NCBI GenBank assembly: GCA_965222075.1
Contig: OZ244937.1
Coordinates: 96,001-160,000, forward strand
Source: Candidatus Latescibacterota bacterium
GTDB lineage: Bacteria > Latescibacterota > UBA2968 > GCA-2709665
Reading direction: 5' to 3'
DNA length: 64,000 nt
Positions 19,633 through 29,918 of the stretch are shown piece after piece; positions within the stretch are counted from its first letter, which is position 1, and the number at the start of each line of letters is the position of its first letter. The notes under the pieces are model-generated. The model did no database searches and was not told the origin of the DNA. It worked only from the letters and a program-made list of their open reading frames with translations. The position numbers were made by a program, and so were the translations under genes.

Positions 19633-20743
19633 TTTCGAGTGCGGAAACGCGAAGAATGTCCAGCAGATCGCGATCGATCGGTTTCGGCTCGAGGTTGTAG
19701 GCGACAAGGCGTCTTACAGTTACTACTTTTGCTTTGACGTCCGGAATGATGGGCCCCGCACGGATGTGACTGTCGAAGTGTGGGCCGATCCCGATTTCGG
19801 TCCGACGGGTTTTGTCGTCTGTTTGCCCACGACCATCTGGATCAGGTCCGGAGGCCGGGACCGTTTCAAGCCGCTTGATCGCTCCAGCGTCGAAAATTTC
19901 GGGGAACCCCTGCTGATCCGCCTGAATCTGGAGGAGAACGAATCCGTTCGGGTGGCCAATGCCTGGCCGGCGCCCTATGGCGATACCTGCGAATTCCTCC
20001 GGAAACTGGCCGATGAACGTGGGGACCGCTGTGAGCTGTTCACCCTGGGCAAGTCGGTCCAGGGCCGGGACATCCCCGGCATCCGCGCCGGCGCGTCCGG
20101 CAAGCCGAAACTCCTCTGCGGGGCCGGTCAACACGCGGTCGAATTTACCGGCACGTGGGGTATGCGGGGTATTGCCGACTTCATCACCTCCCTCCTGCCC
20201 GATGCCACTGCCCTGCGAGAGCAGATACAGGTTGAGGTCATACCGGTGGTCAATCCGGATGGAAATGTGATGGCCCGAAACGCCTTCAACGCGGAAGGGT
20301 TCGACATGTACCAGGCTTTTGGGGACGATCCGGATTCGGAGCATCCCGAAGCCCACGAGAGCCGGCTGCTTTGGCGTAAATTTATTGAAGAACAACCCGC
20401 CCTCTGGATGAATATCCACGCTTTTGCGGGCTGGCGAAATAACAGCGAATACCCCTATGACGGCTGGTATGAGGTGGTCGATCCGGTCTTCCGGAACTCC
20501 GACCGGGCGCGGCTTTACCAGGCTCTGTGCGATACCATGCGCCTGGAGACCGATGGGCTTTCCACGCACGGCAAAGCGAACGTCCATCGCGAGCATACGA
20601 TGTGTTATCAGATGGCCAGAAGGTTTGGCATTCCCAGCGTCTTCTATGAGATCAATGTAGCCACTGCAGGCCCGCACGGGTCCGCCAAACGCGCGATCCA
20701 TGTCTTCAAGCGGGCGGTTCATACCCTGCTCAACAGCCGCTGA
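19613..20743 (+). CDS. M14 zinc carboxypeptidase family protein (cytosolic carboxypeptidase-like)
   Basis: ADFECGN N-domain, LGKSVQGR.I, QHAVE (HXXE), NPDG, NIH. Confidence 0.85.
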   Translation: MISIAADFECGNAKNVQQIAIDRFRLEVVGDKASYSYYFCFDVRNDGPRTDVTVEVWADPDFGPTGFVVCLPTTIWIRSGGRDRFKPLDRSSVENFGEPLLIRLNLEENESVRVANAWPAPYGDTCEFLRKLADERGDRCELFTLGKSVQGRDIPGIRAGASGKPKLLCGAGQHAVEFTGTWGMRGIADFITSLLPDATALREQIQVEVIPVVNPDGNVMARNAFNAEGFDMYQAFGDDPDSEHPEAHESRLLWRKFIEEQPALWMNIHAFAGWRNNSEYPYDGWYEVVDPVFRNSDRARLYQALCDTMRLETDGLSTHGKANVHREHTMCYQMARRFGIPSVFYEINVATAGPHGSAKRAIHVFKRAVHTLLNSR

Positions 20744-20790
20744 GGTGGAGGGTTGACAGAACAGAATGTACACAGGGAGAGGAGCCCAGG

Positions 20791-22059
20791 ATGAACGAGA
20801 GCAGGCGGGATCTTTTGGAGAGGTTTCTGGCCAGAGATTGGTATTCGGAAAAGGCGAGACAGGTCAAGATGGAGCGGTACCTGGTATGGATGGCGGCGCA
20901 GGAGAGGCCACCCCTTAAGGTAACCGGCCCTGATAAGGGCGCCGAGGTTTTAAACGTGGGGGTGGTTGGACTGGGACGCGGCAGGTATATGGCGAAATTC
21001 TGCGACCTCCTGGACCAGAGCCGAACGGTGGCGGTGTGCGATGAGGTGGAGGACCTGGCAGCGTTTGTGGCGGAAGAGCAGAAGATCCCGAAGTCGTACC
21101 GGGACTACGGGGAGATGCTCAAGGACGAGGAGGTCCGGGTGATTGTCGTGGAGACGGGCACGGACCGGCACGGGGAGCATACGATCCAGGCGCTGCAGGC
21201 GGGGAAGCACGTTTTTGTAGAGATGCCGGCTGCGGTTACGCTGGAGGAATGCCGGGCGATTGTGGATTTGAGCGAGGAGACCGGTCTGAAGGTGCAGATG
21301 GGCAACCAGTTGAGGTGGTACAACCGGTACGAGGCGCTCAAGAAGCTTTGCATGGAGGAGGAGTTCGGGAAGATCCAGTATATGGAGGCGGAGTACAATT
21401 GCGACTACCGGTGGCGGAAGCGGTTCTGGGGGGATCGGGAGCGGGAGGTGGGCATGCCGGCGGACCGGGGGTGCGAAGGGGGGATCGAGCCCCCGCTGAA
21501 CGCAGCGGTGCATACCACGTTTGACACGTCGCGCTGGCTGCTGGGGGACGAGCAGATCGTGGAGGTGGAGGCGTTCGGGATGCGGGGCACGAGTTTTGTG
21601 AAGGGCAGGCCGGAGGAGGGCTTTGGCGCGAAAACCGGCGACGGCTGCGACAGCGTGGTGGCGCTGATGAAGAGCGAGAGCGGTGTGGTCATCAAGGCGT
21701 TGCAGTGTTACGGGTTCCGGCGCCCCCACCTGAACTATCTCGCCCTGTACGGGACGATTGGGTGTTACGAAGGGGAGCGGCGCAACGAAGTGGGGTCTGG
21801 ATATGTACACCTGCCCCACAAGTTTCTGAATACGGTGGAATCGGGAGATGGATGGATGGATCTGCCCCTTGTGGTGGGTACGGGGCCGGGTCACCAGGGG
21901 GCGGAGTTTGATATGATGCTGGATTTTTTCGACGCCATTATCCGGGACCGGCGCCCGCTGATCGATGCGGTCCAGGCCGCTCGTTCGTGCGCGCCGGCGA
22001 TCTGCGGGGAGCTTGCAGCGGTGCGTGGGGAGCGGATGTCGGTTCCCCAATTTCCATGA
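20791..22059 (+). CDS. Gfo/Idh/MocA family oxidoreductase
   Basis: VGVVGLGRG, AVCD, AGKHVFVEMP, GH.GAE. Confidence 0.88.
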   Translation: MNESRRDLLERFLARDWYSEKARQVKMERYLVWMAAQERPPLKVTGPDKGAEVLNVGVVGLGRGRYMAKFCDLLDQSRTVAVCDEVEDLAAFVAEEQKIPKSYRDYGEMLKDEEVRVIVVETGTDRHGEHTIQALQAGKHVFVEMPAAVTLEECRAIVDLSEETGLKVQMGNQLRWYNRYEALKKLCMEEEFGKIQYMEAEYNCDYRWRKRFWGDREREVGMPADRGCEGGIEPPLNAAVHTTFDTSRWLLGDEQIVEVEAFGMRGTSFVKGRPEEGFGAKTGDGCDSVVALMKSESGVVIKALQCYGFRRPHLNYLALYGTIGCYEGERRNEVGSGYVHLPHKFLNTVESGDGWMDLPLVVGTGPGHQGAEFDMMLDFFDAIIRDRRPLIDAVQAARSCAPAICGELAAVRGERMSVPQFP

Positions 22060-22094
22060 GAATCGCCGTTCTTGACATAAACGGGAGATAAAAT

Positions 22095-22220
22095 ATGGCA
22101 TCAGGATTTCTCGAACGTCTAAATGAGGGTGCGCTGCCGTATCACGTACGGGCGATGGCCGAAGCCATCGGCAAGCCGACCGAGCTACCGGACCGGCCCG
22201 GTCCTTACCAGATGATATGA
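22095..22220 (+). pseudogene. Internally deleted homocysteine S-methyltransferase-family minigene (41 aa)
   Basis: MASGFLERLNEG (HMT N-terminus) joined in frame to ALPYHVRAMAEAIG (HMT C-terminus); GGGAG RBS; ATGA overlap with the next gene. Confidence 0.7.
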
Positions 22221-23956
22221 ACATGTTGCGTATGAATTCTCTCTACCCCACCGGGTTGAGCGTATGCCTGCTTGGGGCATGCGTGAGCGGGACGCTCCAC
22301 GCAGGTCCTCCACGCTTCGTGGACGTAACCGCCTCCTCAGGCATTGGCTTTCGACACATCCATGGCGGGACCGGCAAGAAGTATTTTGTGGAGACGATGG
22401 GTTCGGGGGGTGCGTTTTTTGACTATAACAACGACGGCTGGCTGGACATCTTTGCCGTCAACGGAGGGGTGTTGCCGGGTTATATCGGAGCGCGTCCGCT
22501 CAACCGGCTGTACCGGAACGACGGCAACGGCGCCTTCTCGGATGTGACCCGGTCCGCGGGTATCGGGGTTACGGCCTACGGGATGGGCAGCTGCGTGGGG
22601 GACTTCGACAACGATGGATACGACGACCTCTATGTGAGTTGCTACGGACCCAACAGCCTGTTTCACAACAATGGAGACGGGACGTTTACGGAGGTGGCCC
22701 GTACGGCCGGTGTATCCGGGGATTCGGTCTGGAGCGTGGGTTGCGCCTTCCTGGATTACGACGCGGATGGGTATCTGGACCTCTATGTGGCCAACTACGT
22801 GGCTTTCTCGCTCTCCTCGGTCTCCGCCGGCCTGAGACCTTACGCATCCCGTGTCGCCGCCGATCTTTCCGAAGACGCCCGGTTTTATCCCCATCCCGAC
22901 AATTTCAAAGGTGTCGCCGACCGGCTCTATCACAACAACGGAGACGGAACGTTTACGGATGTGACGGATCGGGCCGGCATTCTCAACCCTTCCGGAAAGG
23001 GGATGGGGATGGTGTGCGGCGATGCCGACGGAGACGGGGACGTTGATATCTTTGTGGCCAACGACATGACGCCCAACTTCCTCTACCGAAATCGTGGGGA
23101 TGGGACCTTTGTGGAGAAGGGGCTGCTGGCGGGGGTAGCCTACAGTGGCGCGGGCGACCTGCAGTCCAGCATGGGGGCCGATTGGGGGGATTTTGACCGG
23201 GACGGCCGCATGGACCTGGTGGTGACGAATTTCGGGATGGAGGGCGCTGGACTCTACCGCAACGAGGGCAGCGGGCTCTTTACGGATATCTCATCCAGAT
23301 CCGGGACCCGGAAGGCCACCTTTCGTTATGTTGGCTGGGGTGCCGGCTTTCTGGACTATGACAACGACGGGTGGTCCGACCTGCTGATGGTGCACGGCCA
23401 TGTGCTGGACAACGCGGATCGGGTCGGCAGCGTTTATCCCCAACCCGCAGTCCTGTTCCGCAACAGCGGGAGCGGACGGTTCGTGGACGTGACGCGGGAG
23501 GTGGAGGACGATCTGTCCGCGCCTTTTGCGAGCCGGGGAGCTGCGTTTGGGGACTACGACAACGACGGAGATGTGGACGTGTTCGTTCTAACGGTGAACG
23601 GCCCGGCGAGGCTTCTCAGAAACGAGGCCGGAAATCGGAACCACTGGCTGAGAGTGAAGCTGGTGGGAGGCGCAGGGCAAGAGGTGGAGCGCCCGGGACG
23701 CACGACGCTTTTATCGAACCGCAACGGCATTGGCGCACGGGTGACGGTGTGGGCCGGGGGGCGGCAGCAGGTCGGGGAGGTAAAGAGCGGGTCGAGTTAC
23801 CTGTCCCAGAACGACTTTCGCCTGCATTTCGGGCTTGGCTCGGCCGTGGAGGCCGACTCGGTCGTGATTCGCTGGCCGGGTGGGATCGTGGACCGGCTGG
23901 AGACCCTGGCGGCGGATGGGGAAGTCGTTGTACAGGAAGGGGAGACGCGTCCATGA
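22217..23956 (+). CDS. CRTAC1 family protein (FG-GAP repeats + ASPIC/UnbV)
   Basis: ETMGSGG, multiple D(Y/F)DNDG..D repeats, GSSYLSQND.RLHFGLG, IRWP.G. Confidence 0.92.
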   Translation: MNMLRMNSLYPTGLSVCLLGACVSGTLHAGPPRFVDVTASSGIGFRHIHGGTGKKYFVETMGSGGAFFDYNNDGWLDIFAVNGGVLPGYIGARPLNRLYRNDGNGAFSDVTRSAGIGVTAYGMGSCVGDFDNDGYDDLYVSCYGPNSLFHNNGDGTFTEVARTAGVSGDSVWSVGCAFLDYDADGYLDLYVANYVAFSLSSVSAGLRPYASRVAADLSEDARFYPHPDNFKGVADRLYHNNGDGTFTDVTDRAGILNPSGKGMGMVCGDADGDGDVDIFVANDMTPNFLYRNRGDGTFVEKGLLAGVAYSGAGDLQSSMGADWGDFDRDGRMDLVVTNFGMEGAGLYRNEGSGLFTDISSRSGTRKATFRYVGWGAGFLDYDNDGWSDLLMVHGHVLDNADRVGSVYPQPAVLFRNSGSGRFVDVTREVEDDLSAPFASRGAAFGDYDNDGDVDVFVLTVNGPARLLRNEAGNRNHWLRVKLVGGAGQEVERPGRTTLLSNRNGIGARVTVWAGGRQQVGEVKSGSSYLSQNDFRLHFGLGSAVEADSVVIRWPGGIVDRLETLAADGEVVVQEGETRP

Positions 23957-25938
23957 AGGGATGGAGAATGGACACGTGGACCGCGGTCCTGTGCGGAATG
24001 CTCGCCCTGACGCCTTTCGGCAGGTTTGCACGGGCGGAGCGGCCCAGGGAGATCCGCTACATTGGACCGGCGCTGAGCACGCTGAACAGCTACCTGTACA
24101 CAGGGGGGATGTATGCGCAGATCACGCTGGGGACAAAAGAGGGACTGGTTCAACTGGATCCCGAGGGGGGGCTGATTCCGGCGCAAGCCGAGCGGTGGGA
24201 GGTCTCCGAGGACAGGTTGACCTACACCTTCATCCTGCGCCGGGACAATCGCTGGTACGACGGGACTCCGGTGACCGCGTGGGACTACAAGGCCGCCTTC
24301 ATCTATCAGATGGAGCCGGGGCGGGAGAGCAAGTGGATCTGGGACACGCCTTTGCAGTATGTGGAGAAGGCGATGGACTTCAGGAACGGCGCGGCCCGTG
24401 TCGAGGAGGTAGGGGTGGATGTGGTGGATGACTATACGCTGCGGTTTCGGCTGGCCAAGCCCTACCCTGCGTTTATGAACGCAATGGTCACCGGGAGCAT
24501 GTTCCCGATCCACCGGGGGGCGCTGGAAAACTACGGAGAAGACTGGCACAAGCTGGAGCACTATCAGGGGAACGGACCGTACCGGATTGTGGAGTGGGAG
24601 CTCAACTCCCATGTGATCTTAGAGCCGAATCCCGGATACAACCTGACCCGGGGCAATCTGGAGCGGATCTACAGCCGGTTTGCAGGCAGGCCCCTGGAGG
24701 GCTATCAGAGCGGTGAGATCGATTTTGCGATCCTGAGTTCGATCGCGGATATCTACTATGCCAAACACCATCCGGCACTCAGCCGGGAACTGGTCTGGAC
24801 GCCGACCAGTGGGCTTTCTTATGTCAAATTTCTGTTTTCGAAAAATCCGATCTACTGGGACGCCAGGGTGCGGCGGGCGATCGCTCTGGGGTTCGACAAG
24901 CGCCGGGTCGTGGAGACGATCTTCCTGGGGCGGGAGACGCCGATGGATATGCTTTCCACGCCGGCCATGCCCGATTGGGATGCGGAGTTCGGGATGAGAT
25001 TCGACCCGGAGGAGGCGCGACGGCTGCTGTCCGAGGCGGGGTATTCGGGTGGAAAGGGAATTCCCGAGTCGGTTATCCTGATCCCTTCCTACCTGGCGCC
25101 GGAGATGGTTTCGCAGTTCGTGGTTATCGCCGCCATGCTGGAAGAGAATCTGGGCATCCGGTTCAAGATCGACAATCAGGAACTGGGCGTGTATGCAGAT
25201 AAGCGGGTTTCTTTGAACCCGCCTGAGTATGTGGGGATGTGCTTTGCGGCATCCGGGGCGCCCTGGCCCAACCCGATCTACGGCACGCAGTGGATTGAGA
25301 ATGTCCACTGGACGGACAGCCCGGAAGTTTACGGCGTCTGGTGGGAGGGACAGCGGCGGATTCTGCAGATCCGGTCGGGTATGGTTCAGCTTGAGGGCGG
25401 AAAAGCTCTCGCCGACTTCAAACGGGTGCACCGGGAGATCGGGGCGTATAAAGACTCGGTTATGGCGCTCCACACAGATGGAAAACACGGTCCGCACCTG
25501 CGGCGGGAGGCGGAAGAGGCGATGAGCGGTTGGCAGGAAGCGGGAGACGAGATCCTGCGGGCGGCGCGGCAACCGGATGCGGATCTGAAGTGGGGGTGGA
25601 AGGCGTTGAATGTGACGCTCCTGCAGGTGAAGCAGTACTATTTTCAGTGGTCGCATGCCAGCGACTTGCGCTGGCGGCTTGAGGAGATGCGTCAGGAAGC
25701 GCACCAGGCGCGCGATCGGGTCAGGCAGGCAGAGATCAACCGGGAGATACACCGTCTGGTGCAGGCTTATAGCTGGGACTTCCCGCTCCACGTTGCCAAT
25801 GCCACGGCTCTGGTCAAACCCTACGTAAAGGGGGCGAAATTCTGCGCTTACTGGTGGGCCAATCCTATGTATCTGAAATGGATCAGCATCCAGGACGGCA
25901 ACGGGGCGGAGACAGCGCAGAGGTCCGAAGTCGACTGA
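23953..25938 (+). CDS. oppA: Peptide/nickel ABC transporter substrate-binding protein (family 5, OppA-like)
   Basis: EGLV, P..AE.WEVS.D.LTYTF.LR...W.DGTPVTA.D, GNGPY.I.EW. Confidence 0.85.
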   Translation: MKGWRMDTWTAVLCGMLALTPFGRFARAERPREIRYIGPALSTLNSYLYTGGMYAQITLGTKEGLVQLDPEGGLIPAQAERWEVSEDRLTYTFILRRDNRWYDGTPVTAWDYKAAFIYQMEPGRESKWIWDTPLQYVEKAMDFRNGAARVEEVGVDVVDDYTLRFRLAKPYPAFMNAMVTGSMFPIHRGALENYGEDWHKLEHYQGNGPYRIVEWELNSHVILEPNPGYNLTRGNLERIYSRFAGRPLEGYQSGEIDFAILSSIADIYYAKHHPALSRELVWTPTSGLSYVKFLFSKNPIYWDARVRRAIALGFDKRRVVETIFLGRETPMDMLSTPAMPDWDAEFGMRFDPEEARRLLSEAGYSGGKGIPESVILIPSYLAPEMVSQFVVIAAMLEENLGIRFKIDNQELGVYADKRVSLNPPEYVGMCFAASGAPWPNPIYGTQWIENVHWTDSPEVYGVWWEGQRRILQIRSGMVQLEGGKALADFKRVHREIGAYKDSVMALHTDGKHGPHLRREAEEAMSGWQEAGDEILRAARQPDADLKWGWKALNVTLLQVKQYYFQWSHASDLRWRLEEMRQEAHQARDRVRQAEINREIHRLVQAYSWDFPLHVANATALVKPYVKGAKFCAYWWANPMYLKWISIQDGNGAETAQRSEVD

Positions 25939-25987
25939 GTGCATTTCCAGTTCGTAAACGAGCGCAATCTCGAGCCGGAGAATCGTT

Positions 25988-26965
25988 ATGGTCATGTTTG
26001 TTATTCGCCGCATCGGTCAAATCGCGGTGAGTCTGGTGGTGATCCTCGTTATTACGTTTTACCTGATGCACGCGGCGCCCGGCGACTTTTTCAATATCGA
26101 ACGGCTGATGAACCAGCAGGTAACCGGCAGTCGGCTGAGCCAGTTTGAGGAGAAGAGCCAGACGCTGATGCTGTGGGAGGAACGCTACGGGGAGAATACC
26201 CCTGTCTGGAAACAGATCCTGATCTACCTCCGGCACGCGGCGGTGCTGGACTTCGGGCCGTCGTTCCGGTACCCGGATACCACGATCCAGGAGATGATGA
26301 CCCGGGCTTTCCCCCGGACGTTCGTTCTGGCTTTCTCGCCGATGCTCCTGGCCCTGCTGATCGGCATTCCCATGGGCATTGGGGCGGCGCTCTACCGGAA
26401 TACCTGGGCCGACCGGGCGACGATGTTTATTTCCATGCTGGGCATTTGCATTCCTTCCTACGTCATCGCCCTGCTGGTCATTGTCTTTTTCGCGGTGATG
26501 CTTCAGATGTTTCCGACGTCGGGATGGGGGACGTGGAAGTCCGCCGTGCTCCCGGTGATGGCGATGGTCTTTCAGCCTGTTGCAGGCATCGCCCGGTACG
26601 TACGGGTGAGTTTGATCAAGGAGCTGGGTGAAGACTACGTGCGAACCGTGTTCTCCAAAGGGGGGGACCGGAACAAGGCGGTGTTTCGCCATGCGCTGCG
26701 GAATTCGCTGATTCCACTGCTGACCATTACCGGACCGCAGTTCGCCAACCTGATGGTGAGCACCGCTTTTATCGAGGAGATTTTCAACATTCCCGGCCTG
26801 GGCAAGCTGTTCGTGGCCGCCGCGGGGACGCGGGATTACCCGATGATCATTACGTCTACCCTCTTTTTCGGGTTCCTGATTATGCTGATGAACCTGCTGG
26901 TGGACATCGGCTACGCGCTGATTGACCCGCGCATCCGGGCGGGCTACCAGCGGAAAGGGCGATGA
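25988..26965 (+). CDS. oppB: ABC transporter permease (OppB/DppB)
   Basis: APGD, DFGPS, PS.VIA, EDYVRT..SKG, HALRNS, PGLG, RDYP. Confidence 0.92.
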   Translation: MVMFVIRRIGQIAVSLVVILVITFYLMHAAPGDFFNIERLMNQQVTGSRLSQFEEKSQTLMLWEERYGENTPVWKQILIYLRHAAVLDFGPSFRYPDTTIQEMMTRAFPRTFVLAFSPMLLALLIGIPMGIGAALYRNTWADRATMFISMLGICIPSYVIALLVIVFFAVMLQMFPTSGWGTWKSAVLPVMAMVFQPVAGIARYVRVSLIKELGEDYVRTVFSKGGDRNKAVFRHALRNSLIPLLTITGPQFANLMVSTAFIEEIFNIPGLGKLFVAAAGTRDYPMIITSTLFFGFLIMLMNLLVDIGYALIDPRIRAGYQRKGR

Positions 26966-26987
26966 AGTCACAGAGAGGAGAAGCCGT

Positions 26988-27881
26988 TTGGCCCCTTTAA
27001 ACCGGGTACCATACGGAGCAGCAGAGAAGGCGATTGAACCCCGGCGGGTCTCCTACTGGGGCAACGTCTGGCAACGCTTTGCGGTGAACCGCTTGGCCGT
27101 CCTGAGCCTGGGGTTTGTCATTCTGATGATTTTGGCGGGGGCCTTGGCGCGCTTTGTTGCACCTTATGGGTACAACGAGATCGACCTGGACAACGCATAC
27201 CAGCCTCCGTCGTGGCAGCATATTGCCGGAACGGACGAGGTCGGGCGAGACATTTTCAGCCGCCTCATTTTCAGCCTTCAGACGGCCCTGGCCGTCGCAT
27301 TCGGGGCCACGGTGATCTCCGTGGTGATCGGCGGAGTGATCGGGGCCGTGTCGGGCTATTCGGGGGGCGTTATAGACAATATATTGATGCGGATTACAGA
27401 TGTGATGTACGCATTTCCGGGGTTTCTGTTCAGCATCATCCTGGTGTCGGTGCTGGGGCGGGGGATGGTTACGATTTTCATCGCTATCGCGGCCACAAGC
27501 TGGGTGGGATTCGCCCGGCTGATGCGGGCGCAGGTGCTGTCGATCAAGAACCTGGAGTACGTGGAGTCGGCCCGGGCGCTGGGGGCGCCCCACCGGTATA
27601 TTATCCGGCGGTATATTCTGCCGAATTCCTTCGGCCCGCTGATTGTTGCCATCGCCTTTATGGTTCCCGGGTTGATGATGACGGAATCGGCGTTGAGCCT
27701 GCTGGGGCTGGGGGTGATGCCGCCCAGGCCAAGCTGGGGAGTGCTGATTCAGGTGGGGAGCGTGAATTTCAGGGCGTTTCCCTATCAGCTTACCTGGCCC
27801 GCGGCTACGTTTGCGCTGGCCCTGCTGTCGTTTACCTATCTGGGGGACGGGCTGAACGATGCGTTCAATCCGAAAGATTGA
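26988..27881 (+). CDS. oppC: ABC transporter permease (OppC/DppC)
   Basis: H.AGTDEVGRDIFSR, EYVESARALGA, PSWG, GDGL.DAF.P; TTG start after GAGGAG. Confidence 0.92.
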   Translation: MAPLNRVPYGAAEKAIEPRRVSYWGNVWQRFAVNRLAVLSLGFVILMILAGALARFVAPYGYNEIDLDNAYQPPSWQHIAGTDEVGRDIFSRLIFSLQTALAVAFGATVISVVIGGVIGAVSGYSGGVIDNILMRITDVMYAFPGFLFSIILVSVLGRGMVTIFIAIAATSWVGFARLMRAQVLSIKNLEYVESARALGAPHRYIIRRYILPNSFGPLIVAIAFMVPGLMMTESALSLLGLGVMPPRPSWGVLIQVGSVNFRAFPYQLTWPAATFALALLSFTYLGDGLNDAFNPKD

Positions 27882-27910
27882 GCCTGTGCGCCTGTGAACG
27901 AGGAGACCCT

Positions 27911-28867
27911 GTGTCCGTTTTGCTGGATATCCGGGATCTGAAGACGTATTTCTACCGCCGCGATGGCGTGGTACGGGCGGTGGACGGGATCTCTTACGCC
28001 GTATACGGGGGAGAGAGCGTGGGAATTGTGGGGGAGAGCGGCAGCGGTAAGAGTGTGAGCATGCTGTCGATTGTGAAATTGATCGGGGGACGGGGAAAGA
28101 TCGAAGCCGGGGAGGTGTTCTTTGAGGGGCGGAACCTGCTGGCGCTGGACGAAAAGGCGCTTCAGGATGTGCGGGGCAACGAGATCGGGTTTGTTTTCCA
28201 GAACCCGCAGACGTCTCTCAACCCGACGATGCGCAGCGGACCCCAGATTGAGGAACCGATCCTGTGGCACGGGCGGGCGGACCGGAAGCAGGCGTTCGAC
28301 CGGGCGGTCTCGCTGCTGGAAGAAGTGGGTATTCCGGCCCCGTCGTCGCGCTATCGGAACTACCCGTTCGAGCTGTCGGGGGGGATGAAGCAGCGGGTGA
28401 TGATTGCGATGGCGTTAAGCTGCGAGCCGAAGCTGATGATCGCCGACGAACCGACGACGGCGCTGGATGTGACGACGCAGGCGCAGATCGTGGATCTGAT
28501 GAACCGGATGAAGGCGTCCTACGGGATGTCGACGGTGCTGATTACGCACGATTTCGGTCTGGCCGTGGAGTTCAGCGACCGGATTGTTGTGATGTACGCA
28601 GGCAGGGTGGCTGAAATTGCGCCCACACCGGCGTTCCTGAACACCCCGCGCCACCCTTACTCGATCGGCCTGCTGGAGAACGCGAAGATGGTCCGGGGGC
28701 GGTTGAATACCATTCCCGGGCTGCCGCCCGATATGACCCGCCCACCGTCGGGATGCCGGTTTCACCCCCGCTGCCCCCGGGCGACGGACCTGTGCAGGGA
28801 GAAGGTCCCCGAGATGACGCGGGTGTCGGAGGATCACACCGTCTTTTGCTGGCACATAGAGGACTGA
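27911..28867 (+). CDS. oppD: ABC transporter ATP-binding protein (OppD/DppD)
   Basis: [25 protein letters not shown]-terminal GC.FHPRC; GTG start after AGGAG. Confidence 0.93.
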   Translation: MSVLLDIRDLKTYFYRRDGVVRAVDGISYAVYGGESVGIVGESGSGKSVSMLSIVKLIGGRGKIEAGEVFFEGRNLLALDEKALQDVRGNEIGFVFQNPQTSLNPTMRSGPQIEEPILWHGRADRKQAFDRAVSLLEEVGIPAPSSRYRNYPFELSGGMKQRVMIAMALSCEPKLMIADEPTTALDVTTQAQIVDLMNRMKASYGMSTVLITHDFGLAVEFSDRIVVMYAGRVAEIAPTPAFLNTPRHPYSIGLLENAKMVRGRLNTIPGLPPDMTRPPSGCRFHPRCPRATDLCREKVPEMTRVSEDHTVFCWHIED

Positions 28868-28904
28868 GCGGTATGGCTATGCTGAAAAAACAGGTTTTGG
28901 AGTA

Positions 28905-29864
<960 letters not shown>

Positions 29865-29918
29865 GGGATAGGCACGGCCCGCCTGCCATGGAACTGTTGA
29901 GAAAGGAAGGGGAGCACG

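Noticed and set aside
20791-20950. SRRDLL as a Tat signal on the Gfo/Idh/MocA protein
   Set aside because: No hydrophobic h-region follows the twin arginines
22072-22094. TTGACA...TAAAAT as a promoter
   Set aside because: The spacer is only 11 nt and overlaps the RBS of the minigene
23371-23952. Long N-terminal extensions in the ORF track (also starts at 12568, 27212, 54018, 56370)
   Set aside because: They overlap upstream genes out of frame; downstream starts with an RBS or stop-start coupling fit the families better
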